DNA from: a virus
DNA length: 64,000 bases
Virus record (IMG/VR): IMGVR_UViG_3300045988_105796
Direction: 5' to 3' (one strand)
Below the pieces are notes generated by a model. It was not told where the DNA came from and did no database searches. It saw only the letters and a list, made by a program, of their open reading frames with translations. Position numbers and translations under genes: made by a program. This document shows, piece by piece, positions 40,394 through 48,740 of this stretch. The stretch's first letter is position 1. Every line of letters begins with the position of its first letter.

Positions 40394-41889
40394 CGTGGTT
40401 GAATAATTATGTTTTGTTTACCTTTTCTAATATGATTACAGATAGCTTTGCCCATAATATCATCATCTGCATATACATCAGTTTCTAAACCGTCTTCAGA
40501 ATCAGAATTACTTTTATGTTTACCCATAGCTACAGGTCTACCTAAGCTATCATAAATAAAAGTCTTAGCCTCGTGAATAAAAAAAGGATCCTTTATAGTA
40601 GTTACTTCATTACGAATATCTGCTTCTAAACCATCAATGATAACGGGTCTGTTACTAGAAGTAGTAAGCCAACCTGGAGCTTTATCCATCTCAGGTCTTT
40701 TCTTACCTTTCTTCTTCAACATTTTCTGATAGTAATAAAGTTTAGGATATCCTTCATTCTGTAAAGCAGCAGTAACTGCTAAACCAACATCATTAGATTC
40801 AGGGGCTAAGGTAGCAAAGTTAAACAATCTACCAGTATCTCCAAGTAATATGGCATATTTATCTACAGGCATTCTACCCTTATATACTGCTTGTTCTTCT
40901 CCAATTTTATCCATACAGGTAAATGATGAATAATCGGAACCTCTACCAGTTGCAACGTCTGCTCCTATAAAATATTCTTTATTTTCCTCCGGTTCTAAGA
41001 ATTGAAGATATTGTCCATTATATCTACGTTTAATAATAGGATAGTCAGATATACAATCTTCTATGGCTTTAATATCAGCCATATCAAATACAGTATTACC
41101 AGAAGATAAAAAGTCTCCATCTATCTCTTGGGCAGTTCTTCTTGGTCCAAGAGCAGATGACATCTGTTCATACCAATCATCATCTCGTTCAGGGTGCATT
41201 CTCCAATATAATCTGAGGGCATTAAAAGGATTACCTCCAGTCAAAGCATTAACCCAAGTGTTATGGTAAAAATTAGCCATACCCATTGGAGTAGAATTAA
41301 CTATAGCTGATCCACCGGTAGATAGTGTTGGGAAAGCAGCTGCCCAAATTTGAGAAGCCCATCTTACGATAGCAGCCTCGTCAATTACCAAAAGAGTAAG
41401 AGATTCTGAACGACCTGCTTCAGATGAAGTAGGTATAGATTCTATGAAAGAGCCATTTGCAAACTCCATCATAGAAGATGATCCAAATTCTCCAGATCTA
41501 CCATTTATAATAGGTATCTGTAAGAAAGGAGGTAAGTTCTTATACATGAACTTAATCTTCTTTAGTACCTTTTTAGCAGTAGTATCTTTAATAGATATGA
41601 TGTTTATCTTAGAATTTGGATGGTACATAGCTAGCCATAAGCAGTACATAGAGATCAACTCTGTAATACCTGCCTGTCTGAACTTAAGTACGATGTTAAA
41701 CCTCTTAAGTACAAATTGGTAGAGTACAGCTTTTTGATAAGGATATAAATTAAAGTGTACTCTACCTCTTACAGGGTGTATCACATATATAAAGGCAGCA
41801 AAGAAAAATACATCTTGTACTACCTTAGATAATATACCTACCTGTTCACTAGTTAGACCTTGTGGAACTTTCAAATCTACTTTAGCCAT
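40390..41889 (-). CDS. terL: Terminase large subunit
   Basis: Walker A-like FRQAGITE, Walker B LLVIDEAA, NSTP coupling motif, and a C-terminal RNase H-like IGADVATGRGSDYSSF. Confidence 0.85.
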   Translation of the reverse strand: MAKVDLKVPQGLTSEQVGILSKVVQDVFFFAAFIYVIHPVRGRVHFNLYPYQKAVLYQFVLKRFNIVLKFRQAGITELISMYCLWLAMYHPNSKINIISIKDTTAKKVLKKIKFMYKNLPPFLQIPIINGRSGEFGSSSMMEFANGSFIESIPTSSEAGRSESLTLLVIDEAAIVRWASQIWAAAFPTLSTGGSAIVNSTPMGMANFYHNTWVNALTGGNPFNALRLYWRMHPERDDDWYEQMSSALGPRRTAQEIDGDFLSSGNTVFDMADIKAIEDCISDYPIIKRRYNGQYLQFLEPEENKEYFIGADVATGRGSDYSSFTCMDKIGEEQAVYKGRMPVDKYAILLGDTGRLFNFATLAPESNDVGLAVTAALQNEGYPKLYYYQKMLKKKGKKRPEMDKAPGWLTTSSNRPVIIDGLEADIRNEVTTIKDPFFIHEAKTFIYDSLGRPVAMGKHKSNSDSEDGLETDVYADDDIMGKAICNHIRKGKQNIIIQPR

Positions 41890-42725
41890 GGATTTAATTT
41901 ATATCTTATTCCAATTTCTATATCAGCTTTTATATTATTATGTGTACCTATAGACTTTTCTAGAGCTCCTTCTAGAGAATAATCTAATCTATTAGTAGAA
42001 ATCATAATACCAGTACCAATATGAAGTTCTTTGTTAAATATTTTATATGAAGTATCTACATACGGTAAAATCCTAACCGGGTATACTCTTTTATAAGTAA
42101 GGCCCGAGTTAGGATTCCAGTTGTAAGAATACCTACTGAGATCCAGGTTATAATCCCTGGTTATATAAGTATGTGATTGAAAATTGTAAGAAGCGAATTG
42201 GATGTTGTTCCTATCAAATAAAATCTGAACCAAAGAATCCTTACTGTAAGTACCGAGATCCTTAAAACTTATATCCGCTAAAACCTTACTACTGTTTACA
42301 GCTGCTGGATTAAAGGAGATATTGTTTACCGAATCAAATTTACTTTTACTAGAACTGGCAAACGTAGTATTTACATGACTTTGGTGATTAGAGCGATCAT
42401 TGAAATCATTGGTATTCCAGTAAGTAATATTCTTTGGGTTCAGATATCCTGAATAATCAGGAGCTAAAGAAAATTCATCCTTTGTTGATTGTACTGTGGT
42501 TTCTTGTTTAGAAGAACCCATGTACTTTTTACTAGCGTTAGTTACTAACTTAACCGTGGTAGTATTCGGTTTTGGTTGGTATCTTGAAAGCTGTTTTGAT
42601 AAGGAATAATTTCTGAAGCAAAGGTATATAGTTGATCCTAATAATATTAGGCATAGGGCTTCTAGGAATAATTCCTTTACCCTAAATAGATTTTTGTGAT
42701 TTATATTTGCCATATCGATATACAT
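41877..42725 (-). CDS. Membrane-anchored, beta-strand-rich protein of unknown function, in the position where a small terminase is expected
   Basis: N-terminal TM LFLEALCLILLGSTIYLCF, an S/T/N-rich linker, then alternating aromatic/polar strands ending IEIGIRYKLNPWLK. It overlaps terL by 13 nt. Confidence 0.55.
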   Translation of the reverse strand: MYIDMANINHKNLFRVKELFLEALCLILLGSTIYLCFRNYSLSKQLSRYQPKPNTTTVKLVTNASKKYMGSSKQETTVQSTKDEFSLAPDYSGYLNPKNITYWNTNDFNDRSNHQSHVNTTFASSSKSKFDSVNNISFNPAAVNSSKVLADISFKDLGTYSKDSLVQILFDRNNIQFASYNFQSHTYITRDYNLDLSRYSYNWNPNSGLTYKRVYPVRILPYVDTSYKIFNKELHIGTGIMISTNRLDYSLEGALEKSIGTHNNIKADIEIGIRYKLNPWLK

Positions 42726-42801
42726 TTAGTGATTTACATTTTCTTAAACATATTCGTACGCGCTCGCATATACGCATATAAAGGCTAAAGGATATATATA
42801 T

Positions 42802-42863
42802 GGGTAATTTAATTAAATTAATATATCTAAAGATATATAATTAATTTAATAAATTATTACCCT
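42802..42863. repeat. Imperfect, roughly 30-bp AT-rich inverted repeat
   Basis: GGGTAATTTAATTAAATTAATATATCT / AGATATATAATTAATTTAATAAATTATTACCC. Confidence 0.6.
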
Positions 42864-42923
42864 AAAAAATATATCTAAAAATAATAATAAAAATTATATT
42901 CTGCCAGCGCTGCCAGAGGCCCT

Positions 42924-43014
42924 GAATAAGGATTAAATTTATAGGTACATTTTTAACCTATAACCTTATTCATCCTTCGGATGAAAGTAACTACCTCGTA
43001 AACTCGGTAGTTAC
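42924..43014 (-). terminator. Cluster of three consecutive hairpins after the methyltransferase gene
   Basis: GAATAAGG..TTATAGGT-loop-ACCTATAA-CCTTATTC; then CATCC-TTC-GGATG; then GTAACTACC-10 nt-GGTAGTTAC, which overlaps the stop codon. Confidence 0.5.
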
Positions 43015-44015
43015 GATAGTAGACATTTCTTAAACCATTTACCTACTTGATATACAGATCCTTTAGCTATGGTATATCTTGCTTTATTCAACCAGTATAG
43101 ATAATTATCTTTATCCATGTAGATCTTATATTCATCTGGGAAACCCATGATATTTTTGAAATCCTTTATACCAAGAGGATAACCATCAGGTCTAAACTGT
43201 CTATCTGCAGGCCTTAAAGTCAATGGAGGTTTATCATACTCTAATCTATATACTCCAGGTAGAGTAGACATCTTAGCTGTCTTAATAGGCCATTTCTTTT
43301 CATCCTTGAAATCAGTTCTCCAAAGTTTCTTAATCTGTTTAACGGTAAGATTTTTCTTTTCAGGTAAAGCCCTATAATCATACATCGCTAATATTTTATT
43401 TAACGGCGGCATATAATTATCATTATTTTCCTTAAAATAGGGACATTCTAGTAATTTTCTAGAGCTTACAGGAGTGTCTACTCTAAATATATTGTCGAAC
43501 TTATTTAAGTAACTCTTAGACTTAATTTTAATTCCTACAATAATTAACCTTTTCCTTGATACTTGTGAATTACCAAAATCTACTACAGAACGTTGATGAT
43601 AAATTAATTTATAACCGGGTACCTGTATTTCAAAAAATTCCTTTGGCAATAGAGTTACTAATCTTGGTAAATTCTCTAATAAGAAAACCTTAGGTCGGTA
43701 TTTATTAATGGCCTGAATAACTAAATTCAAGGATTTATTCTCTTCTGGCTTACCTAATTGTTTAACTTTAGATAACCTCATTATAGAAGAAGCTCCACAA
43801 TCTGGACTTGATATAATTACATCAGCCTTAATATCTGGTAGTTCATTTCTCAAAAAAGGTATATCTCCAAAGTTCAACTTCCACTGTTCTTCATTCTTGG
43901 TATGAAATACGGCTCTAGGTTCTATATTAGCAACTAAATTCTCTTTAAACGGAAACAGCAGGGCTCCTTGCCCTGCTGATACTCCTAAAACCCTTAAATG
44001 CTTCATCGTAGACAA
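43011..44015 (-). CDS. DNA (cytosine-5) methyltransferase
   Basis: Motif I VSAGQG, motif IV SSPDCGASS (catalytic Cys), motif VI FLLENL, motif VIII SQVSRKRLIIVG, GFPDEY, and motif X-like AKGSVYQV. Confidence 0.75.
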   Translation of the reverse strand: MSTMKHLRVLGVSAGQGALLFPFKENLVANIEPRAVFHTKNEEQWKLNFGDIPFLRNELPDIKADVIISSPDCGASSIMRLSKVKQLGKPEENKSLNLVIQAINKYRPKVFLLENLPRLVTLLPKEFFEIQVPGYKLIYHQRSVVDFGNSQVSRKRLIIVGIKIKSKSYLNKFDNIFRVDTPVSSRKLLECPYFKENNDNYMPPLNKILAMYDYRALPEKKNLTVKQIKKLWRTDFKDEKKWPIKTAKMSTLPGVYRLEYDKPPLTLRPADRQFRPDGYPLGIKDFKNIMGFPDEYKIYMDKDNYLYWLNKARYTIAKGSVYQVGKWFKKCLLS

Positions 44016-44296
44016 ACTGAACTAATTCCTACTGCTACAAATGAGGCAAATACTGATACGATAAGCCATGGCCAAAAGAGTTTAACATACTCCTTCAAAG
44101 GCATATCAGTATCAGAAACTACATAATTTACTACACCAAGCACTACAGTTACTACTGATGAAAGTAGAGCTGAGTACAAAATGATCAAACCATCTCCATC
44201 ATAGGTATGGAAATTGAACAAAAAGGTGAAGAAACCCACAAGTACACCCATAACTAACAGGGTGTACCACTTACAAAACCACTTAAATTGTTTCAT
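44003..44296 (-). CDS. Membrane protein (holin/antiholin candidate)
   Basis: 97 aa with 3-4 TM helices, in the endolysin operon. Confidence 0.5.
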   Translation of the reverse strand: MKQFKWFCKWYTLLVMGVLVGFFTFLFNFHTYDGDGLIILYSALLSSVVTVVLGVVNYVVSDTDMPLKEYVKLFWPWLIVSVFASFVAVGISSVCLR

Positions 44297-44314
44297 TGTG
44301 ATTAAAGATTAAAT

Positions 44315-44602
44315 TTATACTAGTGCTAATAAAGCCGAAATAATGATACCATAGAGACCATACTTAAGATCTACCTTATCAAAGAAATCATTAGGCTGTG
44401 AATCATCCCATAATTCTTTAGCGTAGATAATAATTAAACCTATGGTAACACTTAAAAACCAATCTAGCCAAAATATACCAAATAACAAAGTACATATCTT
44501 AAAAGATACTTCTGTTACTAAGTAACCTGCTATACCGTGCCATAGAAGTTCTTGATCTATTTTACATAACTTCTCGGCAATTTTTTGATAAAACTTTCTC
44601 AT
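44315..44602 (-). CDS. Membrane protein (holin candidate)
   Basis: 95 aa with about 3 TM helices. It overlaps the endolysin stop. Confidence 0.5.
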   Translation of the reverse strand: MRKFYQKIAEKLCKIDQELLWHGIAGYLVTEVSFKICTLLFGIFWLDWFLSVTIGLIIIYAKELWDDSQPNDFFDKVDLKYGLYGIIISALLALV

Positions 44603-45195
44603 CTGTAAGTGTCTTTATATTTAAGATAAGCTTGAGCTAATTTAGTATCATACTTATTAGCTGCATAAGAAGGACCATTATAAGATCTTGCAAAAGAAGC
44701 CCAGTTATGGTTATTCAATGCTCCACATAACCGATTATTCTTTAAGAATCTGATAGTTAACATAAGTTGATCTTCTTCTGAAGATCTCATCTTACCTACA
44801 AATTCATCAATATCTTTACAGTCACATTGAGCATAATTCATACCCAGTACCTGGAACATACCCCATGATGCAGATTTTAATGCTGCTGCCTGATTAATAT
44901 TCATAGCGTTAGCTAATCTGATATGTTCTTTATCTCCTCCCAAGTATTTTGATCTATCCCACTTAGGATAAATTATATTAGGATATTGCCTACACAATTG
45001 ATTCAGACGAAGAGTATTTACTGATTGAGATAATATTCTGTAGAAGATATGTCCTTCGAATAAAATCTTAGGTTTACCATTTGGTAAGAAACCTCCCCCA
45101 TTAGATTCTACCTCTTTCACAGCTAATAATGCAGCAGGATCAATTTGATTTTTTCTAGCTATATCAGCTATTCTTTCATTAGTTAATTTTTCCAT
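44599..45195 (-). CDS. Endolysin, N-acetylmuramidase (DUF3380-type) family
   Basis: AVKEVESNGGGFLPNGKPKILFEGHIFY...WGMFQVLGMNY...YNGPSYAANKYD is the characteristic pattern. Confidence 0.8.
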   Translation of the reverse strand: MEKLTNERIADIARKNQIDPAALLAVKEVESNGGGFLPNGKPKILFEGHIFYRILSQSVNTLRLNQLCRQYPNIIYPKWDRSKYLGGDKEHIRLANAMNINQAAALKSASWGMFQVLGMNYAQCDCKDIDEFVGKMRSSEEDQLMLTIRFLKNNRLCGALNNHNWASFARSYNGPSYAANKYDTKLAQAYLKYKDTYR

Positions 45196-45353
45196 ATTTA
45201 TGAAATTGGTTTATATACCTTATAAGCAGTGAGTATTGCTGAAACTCTATCTAGATTGAGCTTAAACTATAGAATTATAACCAAATTATATGCAAAAATG
45301 ACCTTAATCTAACTACAGCCTACGCAAGGATTTAAGTTGTTATCACAGGTTCA

Positions 45354-45387
45354 TTGCATATATAAAATAAATTAGTTAAATTTGCAA
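45354..45387 (+). promoter_or_regulatory. Bacteroidota-type promoter cassette for the rightward small-gene operon
   Basis: TTGCATATATAAAATAAATTAGTTAAATTTGCAA, G-to-G spacing 28 nt. Confidence 0.65.
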
Positions 45388-45418
45388 TCAAATAAAATAT
45401 TTATCAAACATTATTTAT

Positions 45419-45826
45419 ATGGAAATCTTAAAAACAAATGACCAAGTCCTCTATTATGATGGTAAAACTATCTTAGAGTTAACTACTGTAATTCAGGAAT
45501 TAGAGGATTCAACAGTTAAACTCAGCAATGGAGTTATCTGTAGTAATGAACCAGTTAAAAAATCTGGTAACTACAAAAGGAAAGATCACCTTAAAGGATC
45601 TAAGTTCCAAGGTTGGATCAAAAAATATGAAGGTCCTTTAGAGGATATTTACCAAGCCAATCTTTTCCTTAAAAGTTATAAGAAGAAGATTGATAATTTG
45701 AAGGTAGATCTTAATTGTATCAAACTATCAGATCTTATCTATGGTAATGTATCTGCCCAGGAAGTATTAAACATTAGTAAGTCACTCAATAAAATCATAT
45801 CTAAATGCAAACCGTTTGTAAAATAG
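45419..45826 (+). CDS. Hypothetical protein
   Basis: 135-aa ORF, first gene of the plus-strand cassette. Confidence 0.6.
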   Translation: MEILKTNDQVLYYDGKTILELTTVIQELEDSTVKLSNGVICSNEPVKKSGNYKRKDHLKGSKFQGWIKKYEGPLEDIYQANLFLKSYKKKIDNLKVDLNCIKLSDLIYGNVSAQEVLNISKSLNKIISKCKPFVK

Positions 45827-46011
45827 TACTCTGGATTTATCTTATATGTCTTCCAATTTCTCTAATTCTCACCGTAATAAGAGAATATCAGAATTATAAG
45901 GTTAAGGATGCTCCTAATAAAGTATTAGGATTCATATATCACTTCATCACCGTTTGGTTAATTACACCTTTCTTCGTAGTTCACTTAGTTACTAATAAAA
46001 TAAGGAGATAA
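45805..46011 (+). CDS. Small membrane protein
   Basis: 68 aa with two TM helices. Confidence 0.5.
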   Translation: MQTVCKIVLWIYLICLPISLILTVIREYQNYKVKDAPNKVLGFIYHFITVWLITPFFVVHLVTNKIRR

Positions 46012-46016
46012 AGATT

Positions 46017-46328
46017 ATGAGGTTATTTTTCGATAGGAATTTCAGGTTTGGGGGATACTCCCAAACCCCTCAGGAATTATTTGATGGGTACTCAAGGTTA
46101 GCTGGTACTGGTTGCGTATGGGCATTTATCACTATCTTAGGACCTATGGTAGGAATAGGTATGTTATACCTATTGAATAAATCTGATAAGGAAGCTGCAG
46201 TATTAAGGGCAAAGGGAAGGAAAGGTCCTTATGCTACACCAGTTCCTAAATCAGACTATGCCTTAGCATGGTTTTATATCCTGGTAGGTATCATCTGCTG
46301 GGTAGGTATGTATAGTTATTTACGTTAA
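46017..46328 (+). CDS. Membrane protein
   Basis: 103 aa with two TM helices. Confidence 0.55.
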   Translation: MRLFFDRNFRFGGYSQTPQELFDGYSRLAGTGCVWAFITILGPMVGIGMLYLLNKSDKEAAVLRAKGRKGPYATPVPKSDYALAWFYILVGIICWVGMYSYLR

Positions 46329-46339
46329 AATTAAGTAGT

Positions 46340-46819
46340 ATGATTTGTAAGAAGTGTTTATGTAATTATGAGTTAGATGATTTTGATCCTAACTTACTGA
46401 TCCCTAATATTATGAAGGAAAAGGGGTTCTGTTTTAATTGTGCCTATTGGAGTTACCGTCATCAGAATCTGTATCATTTACCAGATTTTAAGAGACCGGA
46501 GGATTTAGGTTATGTAGAAACTAAATTAGCAACCCTAACTATTGCAGATACATTGCAGGTAGTGGATAATAACTTCGAAATGATTACCTTGCATATAAAT
46601 AGGCCTGCTCCAATTAATATGAACCAGCAACCTATTTATCAAGTACAGGGTAAAGAGGGAACCTACCTATTCAACGTAAATAGGGTAACATTCCAAGGTA
46701 AGATTAGTCTTAAGGAACATTTTATACCTAATGCAATATGCTTAGATAATGATGTAGCTCTAGAATTAATTGATAGGCAGTCAACTAAAATCATTAACCA
46801 TTTATATTATAAGTTATGA
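46340..46819 (+). CDS. Hypothetical protein with an N-terminal Cys4 cluster
   Basis: CKKCLC...CFNCAYW. Confidence 0.55.
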   Translation: MICKKCLCNYELDDFDPNLLIPNIMKEKGFCFNCAYWSYRHQNLYHLPDFKRPEDLGYVETKLATLTIADTLQVVDNNFEMITLHINRPAPINMNQQPIYQVQGKEGTYLFNVNRVTFQGKISLKEHFIPNAICLDNDVALELIDRQSTKIINHLYYKL

Positions 46820-47088
46820 AGTTCCGAGTAGTAGAAGTAGATAGTTATCATTCTAACGTTATTAAGGTTTGGTATGAATCTCCTAACCTTACCACTAATG
46901 ATATCATAGGTGAATTGGAGAAACGTTATGAAAGGGTATTAATAGATTTAGCAGAAAGCTATGACCTATTCCATAGGAGCAAGGATCTAGAGACCCAGTA
47001 TACCGAAGATAACGTTACCTGGCATTATTATGGAGATACCTATATCGATTATGTAAATTCTAATTTATTTGAGGGTTATTTGAGATGA
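46816..47088 (+). CDS. Hypothetical protein
   Basis: 90-aa ORF with overlapping stop/start. Confidence 0.55.
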   Translation: MKFRVVEVDSYHSNVIKVWYESPNLTTNDIIGELEKRYERVLIDLAESYDLFHRSKDLETQYTEDNVTWHYYGDTYIDYVNSNLFEGYLR

Positions 47089-47447
47089 TAGAAGTATATT
47101 GGTTATTACATTGGGATAATGAACATCAGATGTTTATTGCCTATCCTAAATCTAAGGATTTAATAGAATCAAGTGATAAGAGTTTATATACCTTACTTGA
47201 TAATATAAGGAGGTATACAGTAAATAGAATGGATACTATTAATCACTATGGTAAGGATATATGTATTTATTACTATATTGATGAGGAATTTATGGATAGG
47301 GTTAAAGTATTAGAAGGTATGACCAAATTTAAGTTTAGTGTATTAGCTAAGTTTGTAGTAGTTTGGTTATTCGCTTTAGGTATTACTATCGGTTTGGTAG
47401 GTTATATCCTGGTAATGTTGGGAGTTATTACCTTTTCAGGTTTATAG
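47085..47447 (+). CDS. Hypothetical protein with a C-terminal double TM anchor
   Basis: FVVVWLFALGITIGLVGYILVMLGVITF. Confidence 0.55.
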   Translation: MIEVYWLLHWDNEHQMFIAYPKSKDLIESSDKSLYTLLDNIRRYTVNRMDTINHYGKDICIYYYIDEEFMDRVKVLEGMTKFKFSVLAKFVVVWLFALGITIGLVGYILVMLGVITFSGL

Positions 47448-47529
47448 GTTTTCAAGGAAGCCCTTAATACGAAGGCCTAAAATTTCCAGGCAGTAAAAAC
47501 GGGGCACGGTTAGTTGCAAATGTTAAAAA

Positions 47530-47581
47530 AGCATATAAAAATAAGGGATAAAAATATTTTTATATGCTTTTCTTTTTTTTT
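47530..47581. terminator. Bidirectional rho-independent terminator
   Basis: Perfect 14-bp stem AGCATATAAAAATA (47530-47543) / TATTTTTATATGCT (47555-47568). It is flanked by an A-run upstream and TTTTCTTTTTTTTT downstream, between convergent genes. Confidence 0.75.
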
Positions 47582-47592
47582 CTGTTTGCTTA

Positions 47593-48060
47593 CTACTCTA
47601 CTAAATTAGAATAGTGAAGTAAAATATTATAATCAGTTACTTTGTTATAATTATCTAAATAAGGATAATTTATTTTCTTATAGTTTATTTCAGAAATTTC
47701 TCTATCTAAATAAAGAATATAATCTAATAATTTTTTATAGCTTAAATCATTTAATAACCACAAAAATTGTTCGTTTAATTTGTGGGTTTGTGGTATGTTT
47801 ATAAAAATACTTTTTGCTTTTATACTCAACAAATTATTTTCAATGATGTTAAATGTTATTTCTGTTTCTAATAACTGATTGAAGTAATTAATTATTTTGC
47901 GCAAAAACATTTCACTATTATAGTTATTTGTTTTTACAAAATATAAAAATAATTGCTTTGTATAGCTATTAAATTCTTTTTGTGCTACTTTTGAAATAAA
48001 AGTATCTATTTTTTCACTTTTAGCATATACTTTTATTATTCTTTTTACGTCCCTATTCAT
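47593..48060 (-). CDS. Hypothetical protein in the AT-rich island
   Basis: 155-aa Asn/Ile/Lys/Tyr-rich ORF. Confidence 0.55.
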   Translation of the reverse strand: MNRDVKRIIKVYAKSEKIDTFISKVAQKEFNSYTKQLFLYFVKTNNYNSEMFLRKIINYFNQLLETEITFNIIENNLLSIKAKSIFINIPQTHKLNEQFLWLLNDLSYKKLLDYILYLDREISEINYKKINYPYLDNYNKVTDYNILLHYSNLVE

Positions 48061-48139
48061 ACCAAAAAAATTTTTTACGTCCTACAAACACACCTAATAT
48101 ATAACCTACTAATAAAGATATAATTATACTTTCTAACAT
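48053..48139 (-). CDS. Possible 28-aa single-TM peptide
   Basis: Manual translation gives MLESIIISLLVGYILGVFVGRKKFFWYE. Its stop overlaps the ATG of the next gene (ATGAATAG). Confidence 0.3.
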   Translation of the reverse strand: MLESIIISLLVGYILGVFVGRKKFFWYE

Positions 48140-48153
48140 AGCTTTATTTTTTA

Positions 48154-48185
48154 TATTAGAGTGCTTAAATTTAAGCACTCTAATA
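48154..48185. other. 32-bp perfect palindrome
   Basis: TATTAGAGTGCTTAAATTTAAGCACTCTAATA, immediately after the stop of the 48193-48600 gene. Confidence 0.8.
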
Positions 48186-48192
48186 AATTAGT

Positions 48193-48600
48193 TTACTTTT
48201 TACAAATATCTAAACCTTTTTGTAAAATTTCTTTTTTTTCTGTTTTTAAGTTCTCATTACAAACAGAACTTAAAGTGTAATCATTTGTAACGTAAACACT
48301 TTTATAAAAATCATTGAATGATTTTATTAATTTATTTTTTCTTTGGTCGTCTTTCTCATCAATTAGAGAAGAACAAAGAGAAAATAACGTGTTACGTAAT
48401 TTTTTACGTAAACTCTTTTTTTCTTTATCGCTGCAATTTTCAAAAATTGAAGTTTGATAAATACTTTCTCTTTTTGTACCTAAAGAAGTTTTCAAAAGTC
48501 CCTGCGTATCTTTTTGCAAATTTGCTAAAATATCTTTTGCAGATACTTTTGAGTTGTTAACTACGTTTACATTCTCTACTTTATTATTTTTCTTTGTCAT
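48193..48600 (-). CDS. Hypothetical Lys-rich protein in the AT-rich island
   Basis: 135-aa ORF with its own promoter cassette. Confidence 0.6.
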   Translation of the reverse strand: MTKKNNKVENVNVVNNSKVSAKDILANLQKDTQGLLKTSLGTKRESIYQTSIFENCSDKEKKSLRKKLRNTLFSLCSSLIDEKDDQRKNKLIKSFNDFYKSVYVTNDYTLSSVCNENLKTEKKEILQKGLDICKK

Positions 48601-48703
48601 AAAATTGCTTTCTTTCGTTTTTTATTTTAATTAGTATTTTCAGTTAGACGATTGAAAGACTTTAGATGTTAACTAACTTTCTAATACTTTTGTTTTTTAA
48701 TTA

Positions 48704-48740
48704 CAATGCAAAGATACGGACTATTTTTTTATTATGCAAA
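48704..48740 (-). promoter_or_regulatory. Bacteroidota-type promoter cassette
   Basis: The minus strand reads TTTGCATAATAAAAAAATAGTCCGTATCTTTGCATTG, G-to-G spacing 28 nt. Confidence 0.6.

Noticed and set aside
47450-47530. Possible tRNA or small RNA between the plus-strand cassette and the bidirectional terminator
   Set aside because: No cloverleaf could be drawn. There is no GTTCRANYC-like T-loop and no acceptor-stem pairing.
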